64,000 bases of DNA from positions 2,656,650-2,720,649 of the forward strand of contig OZ240240.1 of the NCBI GenBank assembly GCA_965198105.1. The letters are read 5' to 3'. This DNA is from Dehalococcoidia bacterium. Its GTDB lineage: Bacteria; Chloroflexota; Dehalococcoidia; Lucifugimonadales; CBDBON01. The notes beneath the pieces were generated by a model. The model was not told the DNA's origin and did no database searches. It worked only from the letters and a program-made list of their open reading frames with translations. The position numbers and the translations under genes were made by a program. Of the stretch, positions 28,401-36,432 are shown in pieces; the stretch's first letter is position 1; each line of letters opens with the position of its first letter.

Positions 28401-28590
28401 CAAGCTGGCGGAGATCACGTTCGTCCCGTCGCATGCCGACTTCGCGCCGACCAGCCAGTCATACGAGGTCTTCGCCGACCTGTCGGAGCGGGCCGACGTC
28501 CAGATCGGCCGGCTGCAGCAGGTGATCGACGAGGACCTGCCGGTCTTCGTCAACCTGCTGCACGAGCTGGAGATACCGGCGGTCGCGTAG
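25441..28590 (+). CDS. BNR/Asp-box (VPS10/sortilin-like) beta-propeller glycosyl-hydrolase-like protein
   Basis: WRSIGPFRGGR start, many S/T-x-D-G-G-x-T/S-W Asp-boxes, GTQQDN and TNGRGFWILDD; C-terminal coiled coil; no signal peptide seen. Confidence 0.88.
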   Translation: MTSAASSLSLMESGVRWRSIGPFRGGRVVAVAGDPVDAMTFYFGACGGGVWKTTDGGTYWENISDGFFSTAAVGAIAVADSDRNVIYAGMGEACIRGNVTHGDGVYRSTDAGRSWTHLGLSDTRHIARVRVHPRDPDTVYVAALGHAFGPNEERGVFRSRDGGKSWERVLYVSEDTGAADLSIDPNNPRIIYATMWQVRRTPWSLSSGGAECGIYKSSDGGDTWTDLTGNPGLPEGLKGRMGVSASPARSDRVWAVIEANREERGLYRSDDGGATWAQVSDDANLVQRPWYYSHVFADPGDPETVYVMNMKAWKSTDGGKSFDQLSTPHGDNHDIWIDPNDTKRMIQGNDGGACVSFNGGATWSTIFNQPTTQFYHLATSTDFPYRVYGTQQDNSAVSVPSRSSYGAILWGECYPCGSSESGHIAVRPDNPDIVYSGAIGSSNGGGDSLMRYDHSTRQARIVSVWPEFYWGWGAKDHKYRFQWTYPIVISPHDHDVVFVTANVVFRSDDEGASWTAISPDLTRNDPTKMEASGGPVTLDTTYVENYGTIFAFTESPHEAGVFWAGSDDGLIHLSRDDGGTWADVTPKDLPEWTRIDVIEVSPHDPSTAYVSATRYKHDDTRPFLYKTNDFGSTWRRISDGLPQDDFTRMIREDTERPGLLYAGTETRMYVSFDGGGSWESLQGNMPAVPITDLAVKGNELVASTNGRGFWILDDLALVRQLPDRDAGAAMELFKPADTYRTSGGLERWPAPGKNYSLGLGLGGAYYEKKTPEGEKERVLLDAGENPPEGVVVCYHLHEAQEEATLAFLDAQGRLVKSFGPKSEDDDDEPFIGLDAGMNRFVWDMRYPDATKLDIEGARKKGLAGPVASPGVYEARLTVGEETQSQRFEIVKDPRISATQADLDEQQAALIRSREKLTECHEAINRLMRVRDQVNEWARRAEEHGGAEPLAEAAEALNGKLGEIEAELIQLNSVGETDMISQPAGLSAKLAEITFVPSHADFAPTSQSYEVFADLSERADVQIGRLQQVIDEDLPVFVNLLHELEIPAVA

Positions 28591-28656
28591 GATGGGGGAC
28601 CCCCATCTCGATCTCCCCCGTCTGCGGGGGAAGAGGCAGGAAGGGAAAAAACCGGG

Positions 28657-29859
28657 TTGATCCGCTCCAGGGGGTTCGTCTGCATCACGTCGGCCGACTT
28701 CGTCGTCAGATCGGCCTACCAGATGGGCAAGAACCCGCTGCTGCCCTTCTTCGCAGCCGCACTGGGCGCGGGCGACGCCTTCCTCGGCTTCATCGTGTCG
28801 GTCTCGACTCTCACCGGTATGGTGCTCAAACCCTTCGTAGGAGTGCTGTCGGACAGGTGGGGGCGTAGGATATGGCTGATAGCGGGAACGGTTTTTTTCA
28901 CTCTAATGCCCTTCGTCTACCGCTTCGTGACGACGCCGGAACAGCTCTTCATGGTGCGGATGGTCCACGGCATGGCGACAGCCATATACGGTCCGGTTAC
29001 TCTGGCCTACGTAGCGGAGCAGTCCAGGTCCAGGCGCGCCGAGAGGCTGGCATGGTTCGGCTCGGCCAGGAACGCCGGGTACATCGTCGGACCGGCGGCG
29101 GGAGGCTGGATGCTGCTGACGATGGAGCCGGTCGCGGTGTTCACGGTGATAGGCGTCGTGAGCTGCTTTGCCTTCGCGCCGATCGCGATGTTGCCCGAGA
29201 CAGCGCCCCGCCGTCGGGACTCCCGTCCTCCGCTGTGGGAGCATGCGGTGCGGGCGCTCGTCTCCGGGGGGCGGACGCCGGCGGTGTGGCTTGCGGGCGG
29301 CATGGAGGCGGCCACCTACGTCGCGCTCTATGCGACCAAGACCTTCCTGCCGCTGTACGCGCTGTCGGTGGGGTTCAACATCGGGATCGCAGGTACTTTC
29401 CTGGCGGTGCAGGAGTCGGCCCATCTGCTCCTCAACCCGATCGGGGGCCGCATAGGAGACCGCGCCGGGTTCCTGGTCGCCGTGCCCGTCGGCATGATGC
29501 TGCTCGCGCTGTCGCTGACGCTGGTGCCGGTTGCGGGCAACCTCGTCCTCCTGATGGGGCTGGCGGTGCTCATCGGGTCTTCACAGGCGCTAGTGTTCCC
29601 GTCTACGGTGGCGCTGCTGTCGACGCGGGTCGACGAGGAGAGGCTGGCGACGGGGATGGGGCTGATGGGCACGCTGCGAAACGCTGGAAAGGTGGCGGGG
29701 CCTGCGCTGGCCGGCCTACTGATCTCCTGGCTGGACTACGATCTGACCTTCCGGCTGATGGGGCTGACGCTGGCGGCCGCCTCGGCGGCGATATGGTACC
29801 GCGGGCGGCTGACGGAGGGCTTCAGACGCCGCCGGGAGACGACGCCCGCGTCCTTCTGA
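28657..29859 (+). CDS. MFS transporter
   Basis: About 12 hydrophobic segments; GVLSDRWGRR and GRIGDRAG motif-A loops. Confidence 0.88.
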   Translation: MIRSRGFVCITSADFVVRSAYQMGKNPLLPFFAAALGAGDAFLGFIVSVSTLTGMVLKPFVGVLSDRWGRRIWLIAGTVFFTLMPFVYRFVTTPEQLFMVRMVHGMATAIYGPVTLAYVAEQSRSRRAERLAWFGSARNAGYIVGPAAGGWMLLTMEPVAVFTVIGVVSCFAFAPIAMLPETAPRRRDSRPPLWEHAVRALVSGGRTPAVWLAGGMEAATYVALYATKTFLPLYALSVGFNIGIAGTFLAVQESAHLLLNPIGGRIGDRAGFLVAVPVGMMLLALSLTLVPVAGNLVLLMGLAVLIGSSQALVFPSTVALLSTRVDEERLATGMGLMGTLRNAGKVAGPALAGLLISWLDYDLTFRLMGLTLAAASAAIWYRGRLTEGFRRRRETTPASF

Positions 29860-29876
29860 AGGAGGAGGAACATCCC

Positions 29877-31212
29877 TTGGATAGGAAGCGAGTCGTTATA
29901 GTCGGTGGAGGAGCCGCCGGTTTGAGCGCCGCCTACGCGCTCAAGAAGCGTGGCTTCGCTCTGGTGCTGCTCGAGGCCGATGACCGTGTGGGCGGACGCC
30001 TCCGCGGTGACAACGTGGACGGTTTTTCCGTGGATTCGGGCGCGGACTTCTTCTGCTCCTCCTACGATACTGCTTTCCGCATCTGCGAGGAGCTGGGACT
30101 GTCGTTGGTCCGCTCGAAGATGAAGCTCGGCTGGTACAGGAGCGGCCGATGGGTTACAACGACGCCGGGCCTTTCCGTTCCCAACCTTATCCGGAATCTC
30201 CCGGCGGCCCGGGCCTTGGGGTTCCTGTCGCCCCGGGTGATGCGGCCCGCCAGTCGGAATACTTGAATTTCGCCAGCGACAGCCGGATCGCCGAGCTCGA
30301 CGGGGAGGAGAATTTCGGCGACTACCTTCGGAGAGTTGGCGTATCCGAGTCTCTACAGGTGACGTTCAAGGGATTTCTCGAGATGACGATGGGCCACGTC
30401 GAATTCTCCGGACAGGCGTACATGCGTACATACATAAGGGAAATGCTGCTCAACGGTCACAAGCTATACGTGCCGGAGAAGGGCGCCGGGGCCCTGTCGG
30501 ATGCTCTAGCCGATGCGTGCTCGGACGCCATTCGCGTATCGACGCCCGTCAGGCGCGTGGTCATCCGGGACGGGGGTGTGACCGGCGTGGTCGTTGACGG
30601 AGGCACTATCGAAGCGGACGCGGTCATCTGCGCTGTCCCACCTACGAAGGTGCCGGAGATCATTCCCGGCCTTCCGGACGATGTTCAACAGACGCTAAGC
30701 AACATCACCTACTCGTCCGGGTGCCGAGTGGTGATCGGCCTCGATCACCCGCCGCTCCCCTCGGGCTGGCATGGCGCGTTGTACCCCGAGGACGACACCC
30801 CTCTCCTGCTGGACCGGTCCATCAACCTGCCTTCCTGCGCGCCTCCTGGTATGAGCACTCTCGACATGCTCGTCGGCCGCGACCGCGCGAAAGAGCTGAT
30901 CCCTATGGACGATGAGGAGATCAGGCGCCGGATGCTTCACGACGCGCGTCAGAACCCTCCTCCCGGCTCTACCCTCCCCGGCGACGACGAGGGGCTGTTC
31001 AGTCGCGTGTACCGCTGGGAGGAGGCTGTGTGCATGGGGCCGCCCGGGATGTTCACCGCGATAGCGGACATCCGCCGTCAGCTCGACCGGGACATGTCCA
31101 ATCTCTTCCTGCGGGCGACTATATGCGAGTGCCCTCGGTCAACGGCGCCCTCGCCAGCGGCGTCGATGCCGCCGACGAAGTCGCGGTCCTCCTCGCGTCC
31201 CACCCCCCATAG
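29877..31212 (+). pseudogene. FAD-dependent oxidoreductase (HemY/amine-oxidase-like) with two frameshifts
   Basis: VVIVGGGAAGLSAA, LLEADDRVGGR and DSGADF in frame 1 (ends 30266); middle in another frame (EKGAGAL, ADAVI); C-terminal AGDY..PSVNGALASG in a third frame (ends 31212). Confidence 0.75.
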
Positions 31213-31371
31213 GCGAAAGTTACGGTCGATGCCCCTCGTCGTATGCTCCAGGCGCTTACAGCGGGACGGCGTCAGGTCCCCGCCACAGATCAGGGTGAGG
31301 TCACTGCGCAGCTACCACCGCGATGACGCTTGGCTCCCCTCCACCCGCATCCGTTGCCCGGCTGCCTGCGG

Positions 31372-32046
31372 CTACGACCCCTCTTCGATGGCGATGGTCG
31401 CGATGGCGTCGCCCGGAGTCGCCGCGGTGCCGGGGTCGCGGAGCGAGATGCCGTTGACGACGTCCATCCCCTCGATCACCTTGCCGAACACCGTGTGCTT
31501 ATCGTCGAGGAATGGCGTCGCCACGAAGGTTATGAAGAACTGGCTGCCGTTCGTGCCCGGTCCGGCGTTGGCCATCGAGAGCACCCCCGCCGAGTCGTGC
31601 CTGCGGTCGGGATGGAACTCGTCCTCGAAGCTGTAGCCGGGGCCGCCGGAGCCGGTCCCGGTCGGGTCGCCTCCCTGCGCCATGAACTCCGGCAGGACCC
31701 GGTGAAAAGTCACACCGTCGTAGTAGCCCTCCCTAGACAGGAAGACGAAGTTATTGACCGTCTTGGGAGCCTCCTTCGCGTACAGCTCGACGACGAACTC
31801 GCCGCCCTTCTCCAGTTTGAAGGTCGCCGTGTATCCCTTGTTCGGGTCTATCGTCATGGGCGGGGGCGCGGTGTAGGACTTGGGTTTCTGCACAGGCTGA
31901 GACTCCGTGGATTCTTGTGCCGCTGCGGGCTTGGGTGTGTCGGCCGCCGGGGGCTCGGTCTGCGATTCGTCTCCGCCGCAGGCAGCGAGGGTTACGGCGG
32001 CGGAGATGAGGGTCGACAGCAGATAGAGGAGCGTCCGGTCTTTCAT
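31372..32046 (-). CDS. cyclophilin-type peptidyl-prolyl isomerase lipoprotein
   Basis: Lipobox LAAC; [33 protein letters not shown] and HTVFG motifs. Confidence 0.93.
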   Translation of the reverse strand: MKDRTLLYLLSTLISAAVTLAACGGDESQTEPPAADTPKPAAAQESTESQPVQKPKSYTAPPPMTIDPNKGYTATFKLEKGGEFVVELYAKEAPKTVNNFVFLSREGYYDGVTFHRVLPEFMAQGGDPTGTGSGGPGYSFEDEFHPDRRHDSAGVLSMANAGPGTNGSQFFITFVATPFLDDKHTVFGKVIEGMDVVNGISLRDPGTAATPGDAIATIAIEEGS

Positions 32047-32183
32047 GGCGCGGATGATAACATGACGGCCCGCCCCGCGAGAAGAGGGCGGCGCGGAGTG
32101 CGTCACCGGCATTGAATTGCGGGCTGCTATCGAGTCTCCACTACGAGCCGCATGTCCCCCCATAGCCCTTCACATTCAATCGG

Positions 32184-32197
32184 ATTGTCTATACAAT
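32184..32197. promoter_or_regulatory. palindromic putative brnTA operator
   Basis: ATTGTCTATACAAT (ATTGT-N4-ACAAT) abuts the brnT ATG. Confidence 0.55.
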
Positions 32198-32464
32198 ATG
32201 TCTATCGAGTACGAATGGGACGAGGCAAAGAGCGAGGCCAACATCGCGGCGGGTCGCCCCGGCTTCGAGGCGGTCGAGGGCTTCGAGTGGGAGACAGCCG
32301 TGGTCGAATCGAGCGACCGGCACGGTGAACCGCGCTGGGCAGCGACCGGATACATCGGAAACCGTCTGTGCCGGGTCGTGTACACCAGGCGCGGCGATAG
32401 GAGACGCATCATCAGCCTCCGCAAGGCCAGCTCGAGGGAGATAAGAGACTATGCCCAAGCTTAA
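32198..32464 (+). CDS. brnT: BrnT family toxin (ribonuclease)
   Basis: EWDEAK..N, GEPRW..TG, VVYTRRG..RIISLRKA. Confidence 0.92.
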   Translation: MSIEYEWDEAKSEANIAAGRPGFEAVEGFEWETAVVESSDRHGEPRWAATGYIGNRLCRVVYTRRGDRRRIISLRKASSREIRDYAQA

Positions 32465-32756
32465 GCCAGGAACGATCTGGCCTACTGAAGATGAGGAGGC
32501 CGAGATACAGCGACAGATTGCCGATGACCCGGATGACTCTGCGCACTGGGAGAACCGTACCTCTTCCCGCCCAGCCGCAGAGGTGGAGCCCGGGCTGGTC
32601 GAGTGGTCCCGTCGCACGCGCGGTAGACAGAAGGCCCCGACGAAGGTCTTCGTCGGTATACGGCTCGACTCGGACATCGTGGCCCATTTCCGTAACGGCG
32701 GTAAGGGTTGGCAGACGAGGCTGAACGAGGCGTTGCGTCAGGTCATCGATTCGTGA
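32451..32756 (+). CDS. brnA: BrnA family antitoxin
   Basis: RG.QKAPTK..V.IRLD.DIV..FR..GKGWQTR.NEALR; overlaps brnT. Confidence 0.92.
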   Translation: MPKLKPGTIWPTEDEEAEIQRQIADDPDDSAHWENRTSSRPAAEVEPGLVEWSRRTRGRQKAPTKVFVGIRLDSDIVAHFRNGGKGWQTRLNEALRQVIDS

Positions 32757-32820
32757 AAGTTGTTCCCCAAGTCCCTTCTCCCCCTGTGGGAGAAGATCAG
32801 GATGAGGGGGTTGAAAGAGA

Positions 32821-34416
32821 TCACTCGCCTCGTCTGAGGACGCGGCCGGGACGGGCCCCGGTGTGCAGCCCGTCCGAGATGACGGGTGTCCCGTTGACCA
32901 GGACGTGGGGGATGCCGGCCGGGTACTGGTGCGGATCGTCGAAGGTGGCGCGGTCGATGACGGTGTCCGGGTCGAAGACGACGATGTCCGCCACGCGCCC
33001 CTCGGCCACCGTGCCGCGGTCGCGCAGGCTCAGCCGGGACGCGGGAAACCCTGTCATCTTGTAGACGGCCTCTTCGAGGCTCAGCAGGGCGGGCTGCTCC
33101 CGGACGTAGCGGCCCAGCACCCGTGGATATGTCCCGTAGAAGCGTGGATGCGGCCGGTCGGAGGCGTAGACTCCGGTCGGCGAGACGGAGCTGCCGTCGG
33201 AGCCGATCATCGCCAGCGGATGTCCCAGGAAGAAGCGGACGTCGCCCTCCACGCGGTTGTGCGCGACGACGCCGACCCTGTTGTCCTCCTCGTCGATCAG
33301 GTCGAACATCGTCTCGACGCCGCTCCTGTTCCGCTCCGAGGCGACCTCCGCCATCGTCATTCCGACGAGGCGCTTGTTGGCGTCGGTGGCGATGTAGTCG
33401 AGCACCAGCCTGTCCCACTCCCAGGGGAGCCCGCGAAAGTATCCCCCGGCGGCGTCCTCGACGGCTCTTCTGCGGGTATCGGGGTCCCGGAGTCTGGCCA
33501 GCATCGCCGCGACGCCTCCCTCCTGCACCCACTCGGGCACGAGCTGCTGGAGGTGAGTGCCGGCGGCGGCGTACGGGTACATGTCGTACGCCGCGTCGAC
33601 TCCCTCTGTCCGGGCCTTCTCGATGGGAGCGACGAGCAGCTCGCCGTCGCCATAGGCGCGCGGGTCGATGATGGCCATGTGGGAGTATTGCGCCGCCACC
33701 CCGGCGCGTCTCGCCACCTCGACGCACTCCTCGACGGCTCCGACGTGGTTGCCGGCCCAGACCCGGGCGTGCGAGGCGTAGAAGGCGCCCTCGTACGGCG
33801 CTATCGCCTCGACGAGCGCCGCTATCTCATCGGTATCGGCGTAGGAGGAGGGCGGCAGGGTGAGGCCGGTTGTGAGGCTGAATGCGCCCTGCTCGACCGA
33901 CTCGGCGGCCAGTCTGCGCATCTCCCGCAGCTGGTCCGGGGTGGGAGGCCGGTCGTCGACGGCGCCCGCGGCGATGCGGATGGCGGCGTGCCCGACCTGG
34001 GGCGCGACGTTGAGACTGACTCCCCCGCGCTCCAGGTGGTCGGCCCAGCCGTCGAGGTCGGTCCAGTCCCATTCGACGTCGGACACGTGCGACCTGTCCA
34101 GCGACGCCTGACCTCCGGGCCCGACGGGGAACGGAGTCGAGGCGCAGTTGCCGACGACCTCGGTGGTGATGCCCTGGTGGACCCTGCTCTCCGCGCCAGG
34201 CTCGTGCAGCAGCGTCCGGTCGGAGTGGGAGTGCATGTCGATGAAGCCGGGAGCGACGACGTGGCCGGAGGCGTCGATGCGCCGCGCGCTTTCCGCCCGG
34301 TCGAGGGCGCCGATGGCGACGATCCGTCCGTCCGAGACGCCCACGTCAGCGGCGTAGCCGGGCCTGCCGGAGCCGTCCACCACGGTGCCGTTCAGGATCG
34401 AAACGTCGAAGGCCAT
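32821..34416 (-). CDS. N-acyl-D-amino-acid deacylase (D-aminoacylase) family
   Basis: VAPGFIDMHSHSD, QGITTEVVGNC, SHAR, IGSDG, HPRFYGTYPRVLG and ADIVVFDP motifs. Confidence 0.92.
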   Translation of the reverse strand: MAFDVSILNGTVVDGSGRPGYAADVGVSDGRIVAIGALDRAESARRIDASGHVVAPGFIDMHSHSDRTLLHEPGAESRVHQGITTEVVGNCASTPFPVGPGGQASLDRSHVSDVEWDWTDLDGWADHLERGGVSLNVAPQVGHAAIRIAAGAVDDRPPTPDQLREMRRLAAESVEQGAFSLTTGLTLPPSSYADTDEIAALVEAIAPYEGAFYASHARVWAGNHVGAVEECVEVARRAGVAAQYSHMAIIDPRAYGDGELLVAPIEKARTEGVDAAYDMYPYAAAGTHLQQLVPEWVQEGGVAAMLARLRDPDTRRRAVEDAAGGYFRGLPWEWDRLVLDYIATDANKRLVGMTMAEVASERNRSGVETMFDLIDEEDNRVGVVAHNRVEGDVRFFLGHPLAMIGSDGSSVSPTGVYASDRPHPRFYGTYPRVLGRYVREQPALLSLEEAVYKMTGFPASRLSLRDRGTVAEGRVADIVVFDPDTVIDRATFDDPHQYPAGIPHVLVNGTPVISDGLHTGARPGRVLRRGE

Positions 34417-34762
34417 TGGACTCCTCCCGATGAGCTGTGCGACCTGCCGGGCAAGCCTACCCTGTCACAGAACCTAACATCAAGAAGGGAGATGCAAAAC
34501 TCCCCGGCCTTCGGGCTGAGCTGGGAGGTCCGGCACAGGGCTGAGCGGCGGCAGCTCGACGACCCGCTGCCGCGAGCTAGGCGTACCATTAACGGCATGG
34601 TGCTGGGCTGCCAGAATCCCGACGGCTCCTGGGGAATCCGGGGCTGAGCCTGATGCTTGACAAGGTTGGCGCAGCCCACAAGAATACCCTCACGCTCAGT
34701 CTCGGTCTCCCGACGAGCAATCTGATTGTGGGTGTAAGACAGGCAACAAGAGGTATCGTTAA

Positions 34763-35986
34763 ATGATCGATTCGGCGCACACCGCCTGGGTGCTCGTCAG
34801 CGCGGCGCTTGTCCTGCTGATGATTCCCGGTCTGGCCTTCTTCTACGGCGGACTCGTCCGGAAGAAAAACGTCGCGGGGACGGTCATGCAGGTCATCGTG
34901 ACGATGGGAATCGTCGGCGTGGCGTGGGTGCTGTGGGGATACAGTCTCGCGTTTGGCCCGTCCCTCGGAGGCTTCATCGGCAACCTGGAGTGGTTTGCCT
35001 TGTCGGGCGTCAGCGCAACTGAGCCAGGGCCGTACTCGGACACGATCCCGCACCAGGCGTTCATGATATTCCAGGGCATGTTCGCGATGATCACCCCTGC
35101 CGTGGTCATCGGCGGATTCGCCGAGCGCATGAAGTTCTCCTCCTTTCTCGTATTCGTCGTCATATGGGTCACCGTGGTCTATGCCCCCCTGGCTCACTGG
35201 GTGTGGGCCAATGACGGCTGGATTCGCTCAATGGGGGCTCTCGATTTTGCAGGAGGCACGGTGGTCCATATCAAGTCCGGCGTTGCGGCGCTGGTCGCGG
35301 CGGTGGTGATAGGCAGGCGGCTCGGCTACGGAGAAGAGCCGATGATCCCGCACCACGTGCCGATGGTCGTTCTGGGCGCGGGGCTGCTCTGGTTCGGCTG
35401 GTTCGGGTTCAACGCGGGGAGCGCGCTGGCGCCCAACGGGGACGCTGTGAACGCCTTCGTCGTGACGAACACGGCGGCTGCGGCCGGGGTCATCTCTTGG
35501 ACGGGAGCGTCGTGGCTGTTCAACAGGAGGCCGAGCGTTATCGGGGCAGCGTCAGGCGCTGTGGCAGGACTTGTTGCGATCACTCCGGCGGCGGGATTCG
35601 TCGGCGCGATGCCGGCGGTCGGCATCGGACTGGTTGCTGGGGTCATCTGCTATCTGGCGGTGGAGCTCCTCGGCAAGCTCCGGATCGACGACTCCCTGGC
35701 GGTGCTGGGAGTCCACGGGATCGGCGGTACGTGGGGAGCCATCGCCACAGGACTGTTCGTAGGCGTGGGATACGGGGCGTTGGCCGAAGGAGTGACCCGC
35801 AGTGAGCAGATTCTGGACCAGTTGGTCAGCATCGGCGCCTCGTGGGGATGGTCGCTCGTAGCCACGGCGGTGATCCTGCTGGCCATCAAGGCGCTGATGG
35901 GCCTCCGGGTGGACCACCGTGAAGAGGAAGCCGGGCTCGATGCATCTCAGCACGACGAGGTCGCCTACCTCTTCACGGACGACTAG
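34763..35986 (+). CDS. amtB: ammonium transporter (AmtB-like)
   Basis: FFYGGLVRKKN, FQGMFA, AERMKF, DFAGGTVVH, WFGWFGFNAGS and DDSL...VHG motifs. Confidence 0.95.
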   Translation: MIDSAHTAWVLVSAALVLLMIPGLAFFYGGLVRKKNVAGTVMQVIVTMGIVGVAWVLWGYSLAFGPSLGGFIGNLEWFALSGVSATEPGPYSDTIPHQAFMIFQGMFAMITPAVVIGGFAERMKFSSFLVFVVIWVTVVYAPLAHWVWANDGWIRSMGALDFAGGTVVHIKSGVAALVAAVVIGRRLGYGEEPMIPHHVPMVVLGAGLLWFGWFGFNAGSALAPNGDAVNAFVVTNTAAAAGVISWTGASWLFNRRPSVIGAASGAVAGLVAITPAAGFVGAMPAVGIGLVAGVICYLAVELLGKLRIDDSLAVLGVHGIGGTWGAIATGLFVGVGYGALAEGVTRSEQILDQLVSIGASWGWSLVATAVILLAIKALMGLRVDHREEEAGLDASQHDEVAYLFTDD

Positions 35987-36432
35987 AAGTGCGGACGCAG
36001 CCTCGCACGGTGGACCTCGCACCGAAATGACAGGTCTTAGATTCCTCACTCCATTGGCGCTGCGTTCGGAATGACAGTTGGGAGGCACCTTGAGATTCAA
36101 CTCATGAAGCCTGAACAGTTACACCTCGACGTCGACAACGCCGAACGCATGTGCTGCCATGAGATCATGCGTTCAGACCCGCCGCACCCGAACAGCAGTC
36201 TCATATCATGCCCGCTTCTCCGTCCTCCACCTGTCACTTTCCTGTCACTTCTCTGTCCCAACTCTGTTCAACACCTGTCCCATGGATGTACCGAACTGTC
36301 AACCCGTCTAGCTACGAAAGAAGACACAATGTTACAGAATGAGACAGATTTCGGGGAAAACTCTCCCCGGAGGCAGCTTCCGGTCCACGGCGGGCAGCCA
36401 CGTCTGAACAGGTGGGGAGAAGGAGCGGACTG

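Noticed and set aside
28872-29876. Apparent 464-aa fusion ORF ending in a Rossmann motif
   Set aside because: The upstream part is an alternative frame of the MFS gene; the flavoprotein starts at TTG 29877 after GGAGGAGG.
31213-31636. C-terminal extension of ORF 30149-31636
   Set aside because: It is read-through after the second frameshift and overlaps the convergent cyclophilin gene.
34726-34742. TGTA-N8-AACA NtcA/CRP-like box upstream of amtB
   Set aside because: A single imperfect short match, with no equivalent found before the second amt.
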